The position numbers and the translations under genes are program-made. Under the pieces are notes generated by a model. That model saw only the letters and a program-made list of their open reading frames with translations. It had not been told where the DNA came from and did no database searches. A DNA stretch of 64,000 nucleotides from an uncultured virus (IMG/VR IMGVR_UViG_3300006924_000006). Its lineage: Duplodnaviria > Heunggongvirae > Uroviricota > Caudoviricetes. The stretch is from IMG/VR virus record IMGVR_UViG_3300006924_000006. One strand, given 5' to 3'. Positions 10,889 to 21,201 of the stretch are shown one piece after another. Numbering within the stretch: the first letter of the stretch is position 1; each line of letters opens with the position of its first letter.

Positions 10889-12230
10889 ATTCTTTATTTT
10901 CCAAAAACTTTTGATATTTAGCCAATCTATTCTCTGAGGATTCTACGGCTTCCTTACGAAGAAAGCTTTCTTCGTAATCATCTTTTATTTCTTTTATTAG
11001 TAATTTAATCCACGAATAAGCTTGATTTATATGAGAATCTTCAGACCTTGTTGCGGCAACTAAGATTCTGCTTTCAACAGGATCTATTTCAATTTTCCCC
11101 TTAGAGCTTTTATTTGCAGCTATACAGAACTGATCGTCAGCAAAATCTACCGTTCCAATAAGAGAGGCCTCCTCTAGTTCAAGAAGCCTCAAGATCTCTC
11201 TGTTCAGATATGGGCCAACCACTTTTTTGGGGAATTCCCAAACTGGAATCGTAGATATTGCCTTGTAGTAATCTCCTCTAATTTTAATATTATAAAAGTC
11301 TTTTTCCATCAGCGGGGTTACGCACGTTCTCTGGGTGCTAAAAAGATCTAGATATAAGAGCTTCATCGTCTCATTTCCAACTCTAGCAATCGGAAGCTTT
11401 ATTGAGAACCCTCTTTTTACAAACTTCTTATTTATAGGAGCTCCCGCTTTGGAGAAGAAGCCTCTTTCTAACGGTAAAGTTCTCTCTATGCAGATCGACC
11501 GCTCAAGAGAATCTGTAATGTCTGAAAGAGGATATATACAAGATATATAATTATTGTGCCCCATAGTGCCGTTCGTCAGAAGTGGAGTCTCCATAATTCC
11601 TGCGTTGTAATATCTGAATATATTTATAACGCCAAAATCGAATAAACCATCCAGTCTAGCCTCCAGTTCAATAGAGGCCTCTCCGTTCTCTTTCTCAAGA
11701 AGATCGAGCGTAGCTTCTATGTCTAAAGCCTCTCTTCTGATAATTCTAGCAAAAGAGTACAACAGAATTTGTATTCTGGCTCTTTTCTTTGCAGAAAGCG
11801 CTCCTTCGACAGCTCTCACAGAACTTGGCCTCTTTGGGCTTAACGCTCTCTTGCTAATCGAAGTTTTTCCCTCTAGTGGATCAATCTTTCTTATCTTATC
11901 TTCCAGAAGATACTTATATAAACTCTTAAAAAAAGCAATTCGCCTTCTCAAGGATGAGATATGCCTCGGAGAAGATGCGCGCTCTCTTAATAAGCCGCTG
12001 CTGTATTTGGAATCAAACAAGGCCCTGTCTGCTTTGAACGCTGATACAGCGGACCTAAGCTCGCTCAGGCTGTCTAGCCCAAGCGAGTCAAAGGGGAACT
12101 TCAAAAAGTCTCTTTCAATAGAAAGGAGTCGAGCCTTATAGGGCTTAGGCCTTCCTCTTTCTAAAGTTAGAATCTTATATTCTGATATAGACCTCTCCTC
12201 TCTTAGAAAGGCCAGCATTTCTTTTTTCAT
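10878..12230 (-). CDS. Hypothetical protein (450 aa)
   Basis: Long ORF overlapping the start of the 2280-aa gene. Confidence 0.75.
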   Translation of the reverse strand: MKKEMLAFLREERSISEYKILTLERGRPKPYKARLLSIERDFLKFPFDSLGLDSLSELRSAVSAFKADRALFDSKYSSGLLRERASSPRHISSLRRRIAFFKSLYKYLLEDKIRKIDPLEGKTSISKRALSPKRPSSVRAVEGALSAKKRARIQILLYSFARIIRREALDIEATLDLLEKENGEASIELEARLDGLFDFGVINIFRYYNAGIMETPLLTNGTMGHNNYISCIYPLSDITDSLERSICIERTLPLERGFFSKAGAPINKKFVKRGFSIKLPIARVGNETMKLLYLDLFSTQRTCVTPLMEKDFYNIKIRGDYYKAISTIPVWEFPKKVVGPYLNREILRLLELEEASLIGTVDFADDQFCIAANKSSKGKIEIDPVESRILVAATRSEDSHINQAYSWIKLLIKEIKDDYEESFLRKEAVESSENRLAKYQKFLENKEYEQ

Positions 12231-12238
12231 TTTTAGTC

Positions 12239-13003
12239 TTAGACGAAGTCTTCCAGAAAATCTACTACAGCCTTATTGGTCTTAATTCTCTTTAACCGCA
12301 TACTTGCTGCCCAGCCAGTTATCCCAACTTGTTTGGCAGCATCTTTTATAGAGTGCCCCTCAAGGCAGACCATTTTTAAGATGGCCAGAGTTTTCTCATC
12401 AACTTGTCTTTCGAGTCGATCCATCATCATAGATAGGTCGACCTCTTCTTGAGCTGTTCTCTCTATGGAATAAATTCCATCAGATGATGATAGGCTGGAT
12501 TCGAAATTATCATACTCCTCTCCGTTCATCGGATTTTTCTTGGGCATCGCACTAAAGATAAGCTCATCTCTTGAGACTCTATACGCAGAGCCATGCTCTG
12601 CGCCGCACTCCACACACACCTTAAGGCTTTTTTTCTTCTGAATGACACCGCCACAAGAGCAAAGGCTTGCCTCCTTTTGATGAAGATACCCGTAGGCATC
12701 ATTTGACAATTTATTTGCGCTCTTTAGTTTTGAAATTATTTTATTTTTCAAGTGGTTGTGGAGGAACGTACTTAGCTTAACTTTCTTTTCAGGGTTAAAT
12801 GCGTTAATTCCCTCAATTATCATCACCGAGAACTCTTGCCTCAAGTCTTCGGTGTGATATCCGGAAATATATATTTTAGACGCCCATTTGCATACCAAGG
12901 GGTATATCTTTTTGAGAACCCTATCATATCCTTCCTTAGTTTTTGTATTAATAAGAAACTCTTCTTCGTACATCCTAACAAGGTGTTCGTGCTCGCTCTT
13001 CAT
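12239..13003 (-). CDS. Sigma-70-family RNA polymerase sigma factor with Zn-ribbon insertion
   Basis: Region 2-like EDLRQEFSVMIIEGINAFNPEKKVKLSTF; region 4 HTH EGHSIKDAAKQVGIT; CSCGG...CVECG insert; likely start ATG 13003. Confidence 0.8.
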   Translation of the reverse strand: MKSEHEHLVRMYEEEFLINTKTKEGYDRVLKKIYPLVCKWASKIYISGYHTEDLRQEFSVMIIEGINAFNPEKKVKLSTFLHNHLKNKIISKLKSANKLSNDAYGYLHQKEASLCSCGGVIQKKKSLKVCVECGAEHGSAYRVSRDELIFSAMPKKNPMNGEEYDNFESSLSSSDGIYSIERTAQEEVDLSMMMDRLERQVDEKTLAILKMVCLEGHSIKDAAKQVGITGWAASMRLKRIKTNKAVVDFLEDFV

Positions 13004-13011
13004 ATATCTTC

Positions 13012-13776
13012 CTATTCCGCCCAAGCATCTTGGCATATTGGCATATAGTCGCACCACCTACACAACATAGACGGCTTCTTGACCCAATTCTTGTCACTTT
13101 CAATTGCTGAAGCTCGTTTTGTTACGGTGTCTACACATCTGCTTAAATCACTGCGATTAAAACGATACTCTTTGGTAGAGCTCTTGTGCTTTAACATAAG
13201 ATAAGACCCATGTACCTCCTTGACATCTTTAAATTTCCGATTTAAAGCCTCAGCGTATACTAGAAGCTGAAATTCATTTAAGTATTTCGGATTTTTACTT
13301 GTCTTGTAATCTAGAACTCCATACACGCCTGGACTTATTCTGTCGACTCTATCTATAAAGCCTCGCACTATTGTCGTTGGGTTTATATTAAACTCATACT
13401 TCATTTCTGTGGCAATTACATCAGGGGTTCCTTCTGCTCTGATCTTATTGAGATAATCTTGCATCATTATCCTGAGAGCAAGCATTCCAGACATATCTCC
13501 GTCTGGCATCCAAGTAGATTCCTGCAGCAAGTTTATGTTAAACTCTTTTACTCCGGCTACAAAGCACTGCTTCATTAAAATCGAGTAATCTTTCGAGGGA
13601 ATGCTTTCCGCTATAATTCTTTCATGAAAGATTTCCAAAATTCTGTGAGCACAAGAGCCTAGCTCTGTGAAGTTCCATTCTTGCTTTGGAATGTCTGGCT
13701 TTTCAATATACCTATAATGATATTTTTTGGGACACTTTTTGTGAGTGTCCATAGACGAAACAGATAACTTTAACAA
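13012..13776 (-). CDS. PD-(D/E)XK nuclease (RecB/AddB/Cas4-like, 4 Cys)
   Basis: LSVSS..CPKKY, GSCAH, RGFIDRVD, DYKTS, QLLVY, CRWCDYMPIC. Confidence 0.9.
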   Translation of the reverse strand: MLKLSVSSMDTHKKCPKKYHYRYIEKPDIPKQEWNFTELGSCAHRILEIFHERIIAESIPSKDYSILMKQCFVAGVKEFNINLLQESTWMPDGDMSGMLALRIMMQDYLNKIRAEGTPDVIATEMKYEFNINPTTIVRGFIDRVDRISPGVYGVLDYKTSKNPKYLNEFQLLVYAEALNRKFKDVKEVHGSYLMLKHKSSTKEYRFNRSDLSRCVDTVTKRASAIESDKNWVKKPSMLCRWCDYMPICQDAWAE

Positions 13777-13791
13777 ATTAAACTCCTAATT

Positions 13792-14667
13792 TTAAAACGC
13801 TCGACTAACAGACCTATCCTGTATCCAGCGATATACAAAACGATTTTTGCTACCAACCCCGTTTTTTGAGGTCTTTCTCTCGACTCTCTGAACAGACTTT
13901 ATCCATCTAGATTCTAGACTCTCCCAATAGTAAGATATATAGAGCTGTTTCTCTGCGTCATAAAAGCTTCTAACATAATTTCCAGTAACTATAGGCTCGG
14001 GCTCCCCTAATCTTTCCTCATAGAATTTGGCAGTTGGACCGAAAGTACTATAAGTGCGATTAATAATCTTAACGACTTGGTTGTCCATCATTTCTTGGGT
14101 TGATCCGTCTATAGTTATGTACTTTGCCTTTGGATCAAATTCTGAATTATTATTTACAGAAGAAATAGAAAAACGATCATCTGCAGAGTTGATTTCAGGA
14201 AAGTTTATAAATGAAACAGAAGTCTTGTTTCCTGAAAGCTTTACTCCGCTTGAGTTAACCAGGGACGCCTTTATATCTAAGTCCTCAAACGCTATCGAAG
14301 TCTCTTGAGCTGGCTCTCCAACGGAGTTTACGGATAAATTATCTAGCACAACCGCCGAAGAAGATAGAATCGAAATTCCCTCCTCACCGATTCTCCTTGG
14401 GCCATTTAGATCTGTAGAGCTTGTAGCGTAAGACTCAGTCAGAACAGCAGAGCTATCTGTAGGTGAGATTGCTATTGCCTTCAAAGTAACTGCCCCAGGG
14501 GACGTTGGTAGGTGGACATTTCCAACTGCAATTAAATCTGCTGAAGTTGGGGTTTCTCCGTCAAGAGTATAATACACTGTCGCAGGAACGTCCGTAGAAA
14601 AAGTTACGAAAGATGGAATTTCCGAAATAAACTCTATTTCACTTTCGACTAATGTTAGCGTTATCAT
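13792..14667 (-). CDS. Protein with FN3-associated/chitobiase-like beta domain, probably structural
   Basis: VYYTLDGETPT...LKAIA signature. Confidence 0.6.
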   Translation of the reverse strand: MITLTLVESEIEFISEIPSFVTFSTDVPATVYYTLDGETPTSADLIAVGNVHLPTSPGAVTLKAIAISPTDSSAVLTESYATSSTDLNGPRRIGEEGISILSSSAVVLDNLSVNSVGEPAQETSIAFEDLDIKASLVNSSGVKLSGNKTSVSFINFPEINSADDRFSISSVNNNSEFDPKAKYITIDGSTQEMMDNQVVKIINRTYSTFGPTAKFYEERLGEPEPIVTGNYVRSFYDAEKQLYISYYWESLESRWIKSVQRVERKTSKNGVGSKNRFVYRWIQDRSVSRAF

Positions 14668-14702
14668 ATTTTCCTCGCAATATGCTCAATATAATTAGCA
14701 TG

Positions 14703-17700
14703 TCACCTAGTCGTAAATTTTATAGAACTTTCTCCATTGACTTTCGTTATATCAATTATGTTATCAAACTTCTCTTTCAAAGATTCGTCATGGGTTATTA
14801 CCAGTATCTTGTACTTATCTTCTAGAGCCTTAATTACGTTAACAAAAAGAGTCTCAACTCCATAACGATCAAGAGGAGAATTAACCTCATCAAGGAGCAA
14901 GAACTCAAGCGAAGAGCCTCCGTATCTAGAGGACATATCACTTAAGCCTATTCTGAGCGCAAGTGATATCCGGAACTTCTCCCCTCCGCTTAGAGACTTA
15001 AAGCTTTGTAGGTGTCCATCCTTCTGTACCTTTAAGTCCAAGGTTTCTATGGTAGAAACTCCGTCTGAACCGACCCGCTGTGTCTCTAAGACTATAGATG
15101 CTGGCTCGTTGCAAATTGAGGACAAAATTACGTTTGAAGTCTTCTCTAAATCTTCAATAATTGTATCTAAAAGAACTGCTTGTATCCCATTTTTTCCAAA
15201 CATCTTGGCAAGCTTATCAAAGGTTGATACTGCGGCCATCTTCTTAGCTATGCTCTTTTTGTCCTCTGACATCTTCTTAAGCTTAGCAGACAGAGTGCTT
15301 TCTCTTTCGAGTAATCGTCCAATACTCACATTCTCTTTGGAAATATTCTCTAGCAACACAGACAACTCTGCTCTAAAGATTTTTAGGTTTTTTCTGATAG
15401 CCTGAAAGTCTTCATTCTTGATTGATTCTAGTTGAGATTTATTTCTTTTTAGACGATCAGCCGCCTCCACTGCGGCAATCTCCGCAGCGCTCAACTCTTG
15501 TTTGTACTGCGCTATATTCTTTTTCAAAATTGACAGCTTATGGTTTTCTATCTCTAATTTTTCTCTCGCCTTTAGGATCTTGACATTTTCAGCCTTTGTT
15601 TTGAGCAAAGCATTTAGGGCATCTTCTGTGTTTCGCAATTCTCTTATAGCCACACTATTTCTCTCGGAGTACGTCCCTCTCTTGCAGAGGATATCTTTCT
15701 TTAGAGAATCATACAGCTCTTGGTCAATATCTTGACTGCAAACATAGCAACGATCTTGAGCTATCTCTATATCGTCTAAGCTTCTAATCAGCTCCTGTGA
15801 AGAGGCTTTCTCAACTTTATAAAAGGATAGTTCGCTAGTTAGATCCTCTACTTTTAGCTCGTCAACTTCCTCAAGGACCTTTTCCTTGAGGTATAGCTCC
15901 AGCTTTCCGGCTAAGACCAGAATTGGAGCTTCTTCTGTCTCTAGATCAAAAATTCTCTTCTTACAATCTGTCACCTGTCCTAGCAGCCTTCCTCTCTTTT
16001 CATTGAGGATTAAAATTTCCTCAGTTGCCTTATCATAGGCGTCCGTATCAAGGCTGCTCTTTAGTTTTGAGTACTTGACCTCCAATGAAGAGATATCTTT
16101 GGAGTAGGCGCTCCTCTTAGACTGAAGCTCTCCTACCCTTTCCTTTGACTGGCTGACATTAAGGCGTACGTCTTCCAGCTCTTCGAATGTTACATCATAA
16201 TCTTCTACGGATTTCTTTAGAATCTTGCATTCCATAGAAAGCTCTTTGGCCTTCTTCTTGGCCTCCTTTTCGTAAGAGTCCCATCTTGATACATCAACTA
16301 TTGATTTTAAAATCTCTTTTTTCCTAGAGGCCTCTACTTCTGCAAACTCAGAGATATCATTCTGCCGAAAGTAAATAGAGTTCACAAAGGTCTTGTGATC
16401 AAGCCTAATAGTCTCTTCTATTTTCTTGTTGGTACTGCCAGATGTTGAGCCAGACTTATCGATCCAATCGCCAGCCTTATCTAGGCAATGTAGCTCAACT
16501 TCTGACGTTGAGTTTACTCTATTTCTAGTTCTCTTTACCCTGTAAACTTTGTCTTCATGCTTGAATTCCATAGCAACAGAACAGATCGACTCTCCCCATC
16601 GAATAATGTCATCCATCATAGCTGATCTGGACTTATTAAATAGGCACCACAGTATACCCTCAAAGATAACCGAGTTATGGGTTATGAATCCATTTAACGC
16701 ATACAGTTTTGTATGATTGTCTATCTGTATATCATATGTTTGCTCATCAGGAATCTCTTTTATTGCCTTGACCTTGTCCCAATATATATCGGCATTTGAT
16801 AGGGCAGTTAGTCTATCGCTCTTCATGAAGGCGGCATATTTGCCAAGCTTGCTTCTTGACATGTTTTTGTTACGAATTTGACTTCTCGACAAATTAAACC
16901 TATCCCTATTCCCATAAAAAGCACCAGACTTAATGCTCTCCTGTATTTCATCCCGGAATAAGCTCGAAGGGACTACGTCCTTATTCGGATTTCCACGAAT
17001 AGATTGAATTTTCTTTCTCATAGCCAATAGCCTAGCCTTCTTTGGACCGTAAACGTGTCCCTCTACTAAGTCGAAAAACCTATCGAAGTTGCCGGCCTCG
17101 GTGTGCAAAGACAGGGTCCAAGAATTATGTTTTTTAGCAATTAGCTTGCGCCTAACCGTACCTGTCACCCCAAATCTCAGCAACAGACTCTGTATATCAT
17201 ATGCTAGTTGCCGAGATTCAAGTCTAAAAGATACCTCTCGACTCTTTTCGGTGTTCGCAATGTATCCATCGCCAGAAAAAAACATTCCCAAAAAAGCGCC
17301 AACATTTTCTTTGCTTTCAGAAAAGAATATTGTGGGTAAAGTTTTGTCAATCGCCTTCTTCCCCATAAGATTATATTTTTTGAAGAAATCTCTAGAGGCC
17401 CTAGCTGAAGACAAAGACTTTGCGGCTCTCGTTATAATGGGATCATTAAACGATAGCAGCTTATCATAATTTAGCGCATGTTGAAGCGCCTTTATTCTAC
17501 TCCAGTTATTTGGAGACATTTCTTCTAAAGAGATTCCGAGCTCTTGCATTCTCTTCAAAATAGCCGCCCCATTTCCCCTTCTGTCATTGGCTGATGTTAT
17601 CGTATACGTTAGCTCCTGCTTGCTAAGCGCTCCTCCAAAGATGTCCTTTACGTCTTTCCTTGCTACTTCAACGATCTCTTCATCTGCATTTGTAAACTTC

Positions 17701-18227
17701 GGAGACATGCCCGTCAGGCCGCCTTCTGCGGCGAACAAACCAAGCAGTCTAGCCTCAGGAGCCTCAAGGGTTGTCTTCGGACAGATAACTCCAAGGCTTC
17801 TTGGTGTTGCAACAAAGTCTCCTTCCGTAAGAAGTGAGGCCTTCTTACAGTTTAGGTCATCAGATAAAATTGGATGTGTTTTAGAAACACGCTCAGAAAT
17901 GCCAGAGACCATAGTCACTTCTAGCATACTCTTTACTCCAGATACCTGAGTCGCAACAACTTTGGCTGGCCTCAGCTTGAGATCTTCGTCAAGGCCCCAT
18001 ACATAAAAATCCCGAAAATTTTCATGCAGTTCTTTTACAGAAGTTTTTTCTCCGGTATATGCGTCTGTCAATATGGTGTTGCCAGACAAGCACTTCCCTG
18101 AGCCATTACTTTTCGTATAATCACCCTCTGTATTTCCAATTAAAAGAGCAGAATTAAATTTCGTGAAATCAATTTCGCTTTCTGAATGTGAAAAGAAATT
18201 TATCATCTTTATATTAAGAGGAATCAT
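14703..18227 (-). CDS. sbcC: SbcC/Rad50 (gp46-like) SMC ATPase containing an intein
   Basis: Walker A NGSGK|S split by intein, Q-loop FRQND, coiled coil with CYVC zinc hook, LSGGE signature, LLLDE Walker B, ITH. Confidence 0.93.
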   Translation of the reverse strand: MIPLNIKMINFFSHSESEIDFTKFNSALLIGNTEGDYTKSNGSGKCLSGNTILTDAYTGEKTSVKELHENFRDFYVWGLDEDLKLRPAKVVATQVSGVKSMLEVTMVSGISERVSKTHPILSDDLNCKKASLLTEGDFVATPRSLGVICPKTTLEAPEARLLGLFAAEGGLTGMSPKFTNADEEIVEVARKDVKDIFGGALSKQELTYTITSANDRRGNGAAILKRMQELGISLEEMSPNNWSRIKALQHALNYDKLLSFNDPIITRAAKSLSSARASRDFFKKYNLMGKKAIDKTLPTIFFSESKENVGAFLGMFFSGDGYIANTEKSREVSFRLESRQLAYDIQSLLLRFGVTGTVRRKLIAKKHNSWTLSLHTEAGNFDRFFDLVEGHVYGPKKARLLAMRKKIQSIRGNPNKDVVPSSLFRDEIQESIKSGAFYGNRDRFNLSRSQIRNKNMSRSKLGKYAAFMKSDRLTALSNADIYWDKVKAIKEIPDEQTYDIQIDNHTKLYALNGFITHNSVIFEGILWCLFNKSRSAMMDDIIRWGESICSVAMEFKHEDKVYRVKRTRNRVNSTSEVELHCLDKAGDWIDKSGSTSGSTNKKIEETIRLDHKTFVNSIYFRQNDISEFAEVEASRKKEILKSIVDVSRWDSYEKEAKKKAKELSMECKILKKSVEDYDVTFEELEDVRLNVSQSKERVGELQSKRSAYSKDISSLEVKYSKLKSSLDTDAYDKATEEILILNEKRGRLLGQVTDCKKRIFDLETEEAPILVLAGKLELYLKEKVLEEVDELKVEDLTSELSFYKVEKASSQELIRSLDDIEIAQDRCYVCSQDIDQELYDSLKKDILCKRGTYSERNSVAIRELRNTEDALNALLKTKAENVKILKAREKLEIENHKLSILKKNIAQYKQELSAAEIAAVEAADRLKRNKSQLESIKNEDFQAIRKNLKIFRAELSVLLENISKENVSIGRLLERESTLSAKLKKMSEDKKSIAKKMAAVSTFDKLAKMFGKNGIQAVLLDTIIEDLEKTSNVILSSICNEPASIVLETQRVGSDGVSTIETLDLKVQKDGHLQSFKSLSGGEKFRISLALRIGLSDMSSRYGGSSLEFLLLDEVNSPLDRYGVETLFVNVIKALEDKYKILVITHDESLKEKFDNIIDITKVNGESSIKFTTR
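16674..18092 (-). mobile_element. Intein with LAGLIDADG homing endonuclease (473 aa)
   Basis: Begins CLSGNT after GSGK, ends GFITHN before Ser; block B SKTHP, block F TYDIQI; LLGLFAAEG and FLGMFFSGDG motifs. Confidence 0.95.
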
Positions 18228-19393
18228 GCGTCTCCCATAATTATCTTAGCCTCTTTTAATAAGAGTTTTTGATATGCATCCTCAATTCCTTGTGACTTTG
18301 CAAAGGCCTCAAACATAGAGAAATCATCTTTGTGATTGAGTATTCCGATATCCCGAACTGTTCTCTTGGTTATAATTTCGACCAAAACCTTTGAAACATA
18401 AAAGGCTCCGTTGTCATAAAGCTTCGACTGAATAGCCTTCCGATCAACTGCAGGGGCAACCTTTTCGTCTATAGTAACCTTGAATCTTACGATTCTATCT
18501 TCTACGTCATACGCTTCTACTGCGTCGTCAAGAGCTTTTGTAATTCCCGAAAAATCATGCCCAGTTAGATCATAGGAAATATCCAGCAGATTGCGTACCG
18601 GTATTTTGCAAAATTTTGCTCTCTTTTTCTCAACGTTATAATCTATGAAATATTTCTCAATATTGGAATCTCCGAAATTAGACTTTTCCATAGAACCTGT
18701 ATATATACAGACCGGAGAGCTTTTTCTTAAGACTCTAAACTGATGCACATGACCCATCATAGCGACATCGCACCCAGCAAAGGCCAAGGGTTTTGCCATA
18801 ATCTCTGAGCCGCCGTAGTTATTATAACTTCCTTCGTAAAAGAAGTTGTGCCCCACAGCTATAATCGGTATATCCTGCTCACATGTTTCGATCAAAGATC
18901 GAACTTCTGCGTCATACCCCCCTGACTGCTCTGCAGTAGTCTTTCCGGGATACATCCTTTTGTCTCTATACGGAAGCAACAGTAGATTGACTCTTTTGTT
19001 GTCCTTATTGGAGACCTGAATTACATCTGGATTGAGAACCATGCGAACATTAGGGTACTCACAGGCTCCAAGAGAAGAGATAGAGCTTGTAAAGTTATCT
19101 CCGCTTCTCTTGTAGTCATGATTTCCCATTAAAATGAACGACGCAATATTTGCGTTTGAAAGCTTCTTCAGGGCCCGATCTACAATTCCCATGTGCTCCG
19201 GTTCCGGATCCCTAAACTCAAACATATCTCCTGTTTGAATGAAGATTTCAGCCTTTGTTTCGATTGCATGGTCAACTACATAGTTGAGGCTTCTCTCATA
19301 GTCGTCCACTCTTGTGTTACCGCCCTTTCCATTCGACCTTCCTAGGCCAAATACTGCGCCGATATGCACATCTCCACATACTATAGCTCTCAT
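18224..19393 (-). CDS. sbcD: SbcD/Mre11 (gp47-like) metallophosphoesterase nuclease
   Basis: GDVHIG, TGDMF, GNHD, GH, GHVH motifs; adjacent to sbcC. Confidence 0.92.
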   Translation of the reverse strand: MRAIVCGDVHIGAVFGLGRSNGKGGNTRVDDYERSLNYVVDHAIETKAEIFIQTGDMFEFRDPEPEHMGIVDRALKKLSNANIASFILMGNHDYKRSGDNFTSSISSLGACEYPNVRMVLNPDVIQVSNKDNKRVNLLLLPYRDKRMYPGKTTAEQSGGYDAEVRSLIETCEQDIPIIAVGHNFFYEGSYNNYGGSEIMAKPLAFAGCDVAMMGHVHQFRVLRKSSPVCIYTGSMEKSNFGDSNIEKYFIDYNVEKKRAKFCKIPVRNLLDISYDLTGHDFSGITKALDDAVEAYDVEDRIVRFKVTIDEKVAPAVDRKAIQSKLYDNGAFYVSKVLVEIITKRTVRDIGILNHKDDFSMFEAFAKSQGIEDAYQKLLLKEAKIIMGDA

Positions 19394-19944
19394 AGTTTGA
19401 AATACCTCCTGTGCAAGATCTTCTTCAGTTTTTCCTGAATTCTTTTCGCTCCAGCAACGTCATACCTATCCAACAAGCTTATCTTTGAATCCATTTTTTT
19501 AATCAAAGATTCTATCCAAGCCGCATCATCCGAGTGCTTTCTTTGGAGATTGCGAAGAATTTCTGATATCTCCAAAAGCACAAACAAAGTACTTTGCTTC
19601 TTTTCATGCACGCCGACTCGGGCCTTATTGGGATCTACACATACAGAGAGGTCTTCTATTGCCTCTGTAAAAGTTCGATCAGTACAGAGCATATAGAAGT
19701 CTATAGCATTATTTGAGGCTCCACATCCAAAACAATAAAAATTATTGTTTTGATTATCGATGTATAATGATCCGGTTCTTTCTAGTCCAGATTTATGCTC
19801 TGTTCCTGGACATTTGCACTTATGTGTAAAGTTTCCGCTATTTGCCTCAGAAAGGGCAATCCCCTGACTTTCTGCTATTTCAGAAATTTTAACAGAAGCC
19901 AATATATCCTGCTTTGAATAACGCCTCAAAAGAATTTGCTCCAA
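19390..19944 (-). CDS. Stand-alone primase-type CHC2 zinc-finger protein
   Basis: CKCPGTEH...SLYI...FYCFGCG...AIDF; no TOPRIM domain. Confidence 0.8.
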   Translation of the reverse strand: MEQILLRRYSKQDILASVKISEIAESQGIALSEANSGNFTHKCKCPGTEHKSGLERTGSLYIDNQNNNFYCFGCGASNNAIDFYMLCTDRTFTEAIEDLSVCVDPNKARVGVHEKKQSTLFVLLEISEILRNLQRKHSDDAAWIESLIKKMDSKISLLDRYDVAGAKRIQEKLKKILHRRYFKL

Positions 19945-21014
19945 AAAGATGGCTTACGCCTCTTAACCCCTAGCCTACTCAGCTCTTCCTCGATGTCAGT
20001 AATCTTCGGCGCACGAAAAAGTCTCGGAGTAGAGAGTGATGCGTCTATATAGAGGCCTGTTCCAATGTCCGTTATCTTCTCTGCCCCATTAGAATCCAGA
20101 ATGACACGACTATCTACAGCGGAAGCAACCTTTAGTGCTATCCTGGCCGGAAAATTTGCCTTAATAAGGCCGGAAACTACATTTGAAGAAGGCCTCTGCG
20201 TTGCTAGGATTATGGAGATTCCAGCGGCCCTGCCTTTCTGAGCAAGGAGGCATAGCTTTTTTTGAATTGCCTTATTTTGCAAAGTTAAATCTGCCCATTC
20301 ATCAATAACCAGAATAATCGGGTTCATTCTTGGCTTCTTTGGGAAGCTTAAATTAAACTCCCTTGCATCCCTTGCTCTCGCCTTCTGAAGTATCGCAAAA
20401 CGCTCCTCCATAATAACTGTAATTTCGCCAATCACATCTATTGAGTCTTCTACGGAATGTACTATTTTCGCGACAGATGGTACATCTTTATATATAGAGA
20501 ACTCAACCATCTTCGGATCTACCAAGTAGACTGCAGACTTCTTTCCTATGAGAGAAAGAATGAAGTTATGCAGCAAAACACTCTTTCCAGACCCGGTCGT
20601 CCCTCCTATCAAAACGTTTGGCATCTTGTTCATATCTAAGCTTAGCATTTTGCTGTGAGAGTCTGCCCCAAGAGTTATGGGAATATAGTGATTCTCGTCA
20701 AGAGAGCTGTATGCCTGCTCAAAAGAGGGCGGCGAAATTTGCTTGGTCTGAACGTGAACCCTATATATTCCCCGATCCATCATCATAGATCCAGTGGGGT
20801 AAGCGTGAGCCATAAGAGAAAGCCCTAAGTCTCCAAGGGCTCGATCCACTTTGGAGGCCTTCTCTCCGTGCCTTAGCCTTATGTCATAAATATCGAAATA
20901 TTCTTGCTCTTTTAAAGAAACAGAGTCTGCCTTGATCTTAAATGCACTAAGTAATTCTGAAAATACTTTTTCTTTTGTTTTTTCAAAAATCTGAACTCGA
21001 CCCTCTTCCGGCAT
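19926..21014 (-). CDS. ftsK: FtsK/SpoIIIE-family DNA translocase (motor domain only)
   Basis: GGTTGSGKS, VDPKMVE, VIDEWAD, AQKGRAAGI, ATQRPS, IKANFPARIA. Confidence 0.9.
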   Translation of the reverse strand: MPEEGRVQIFEKTKEKVFSELLSAFKIKADSVSLKEQEYFDIYDIRLRHGEKASKVDRALGDLGLSLMAHAYPTGSMMMDRGIYRVHVQTKQISPPSFEQAYSSLDENHYIPITLGADSHSKMLSLDMNKMPNVLIGGTTGSGKSVLLHNFILSLIGKKSAVYLVDPKMVEFSIYKDVPSVAKIVHSVEDSIDVIGEITVIMEERFAILQKARARDAREFNLSFPKKPRMNPIILVIDEWADLTLQNKAIQKKLCLLAQKGRAAGISIILATQRPSSNVVSGLIKANFPARIALKVASAVDSRVILDSNGAEKITDIGTGLYIDASLSTPRLFRAPKITDIEEELSRLGVKRRKPSFWSKFF

Positions 21015-21201
21015 TAGAACTCCTTATTTCTTCCAAAATATCCTGCAGCGCCTCGCGGTACCCTATACGAGCAATATAGGCACCGTCCTTTGTTGGGTCA
21101 AGAGAAAACTTGCGAGCCTCGTCTTCCAGCCCTCTAATAAGGGTATTGTTTTTTGATATTTTGCCTAGAATTAGGGAGATTGTCTCTTCCTTGAAGCTCA
21201 C
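20983..21201 (-). CDS. Hypothetical protein
   Basis: 72-aa ORF tightly packed in the operon. Confidence 0.55.
   Translation of the reverse strand: MSFKEETISLILGKISKNNTLIRGLEDEARKFSLDPTKDGAYIARIGYREALQDILEEIRSSNAGRGSSSDF

Noticed and set aside
13012..13776. Cas4/CRISPR system
   Set aside because: No repeat-spacer array or other cas genes seen; this is a stand-alone phage PD-(D/E)XK nuclease.
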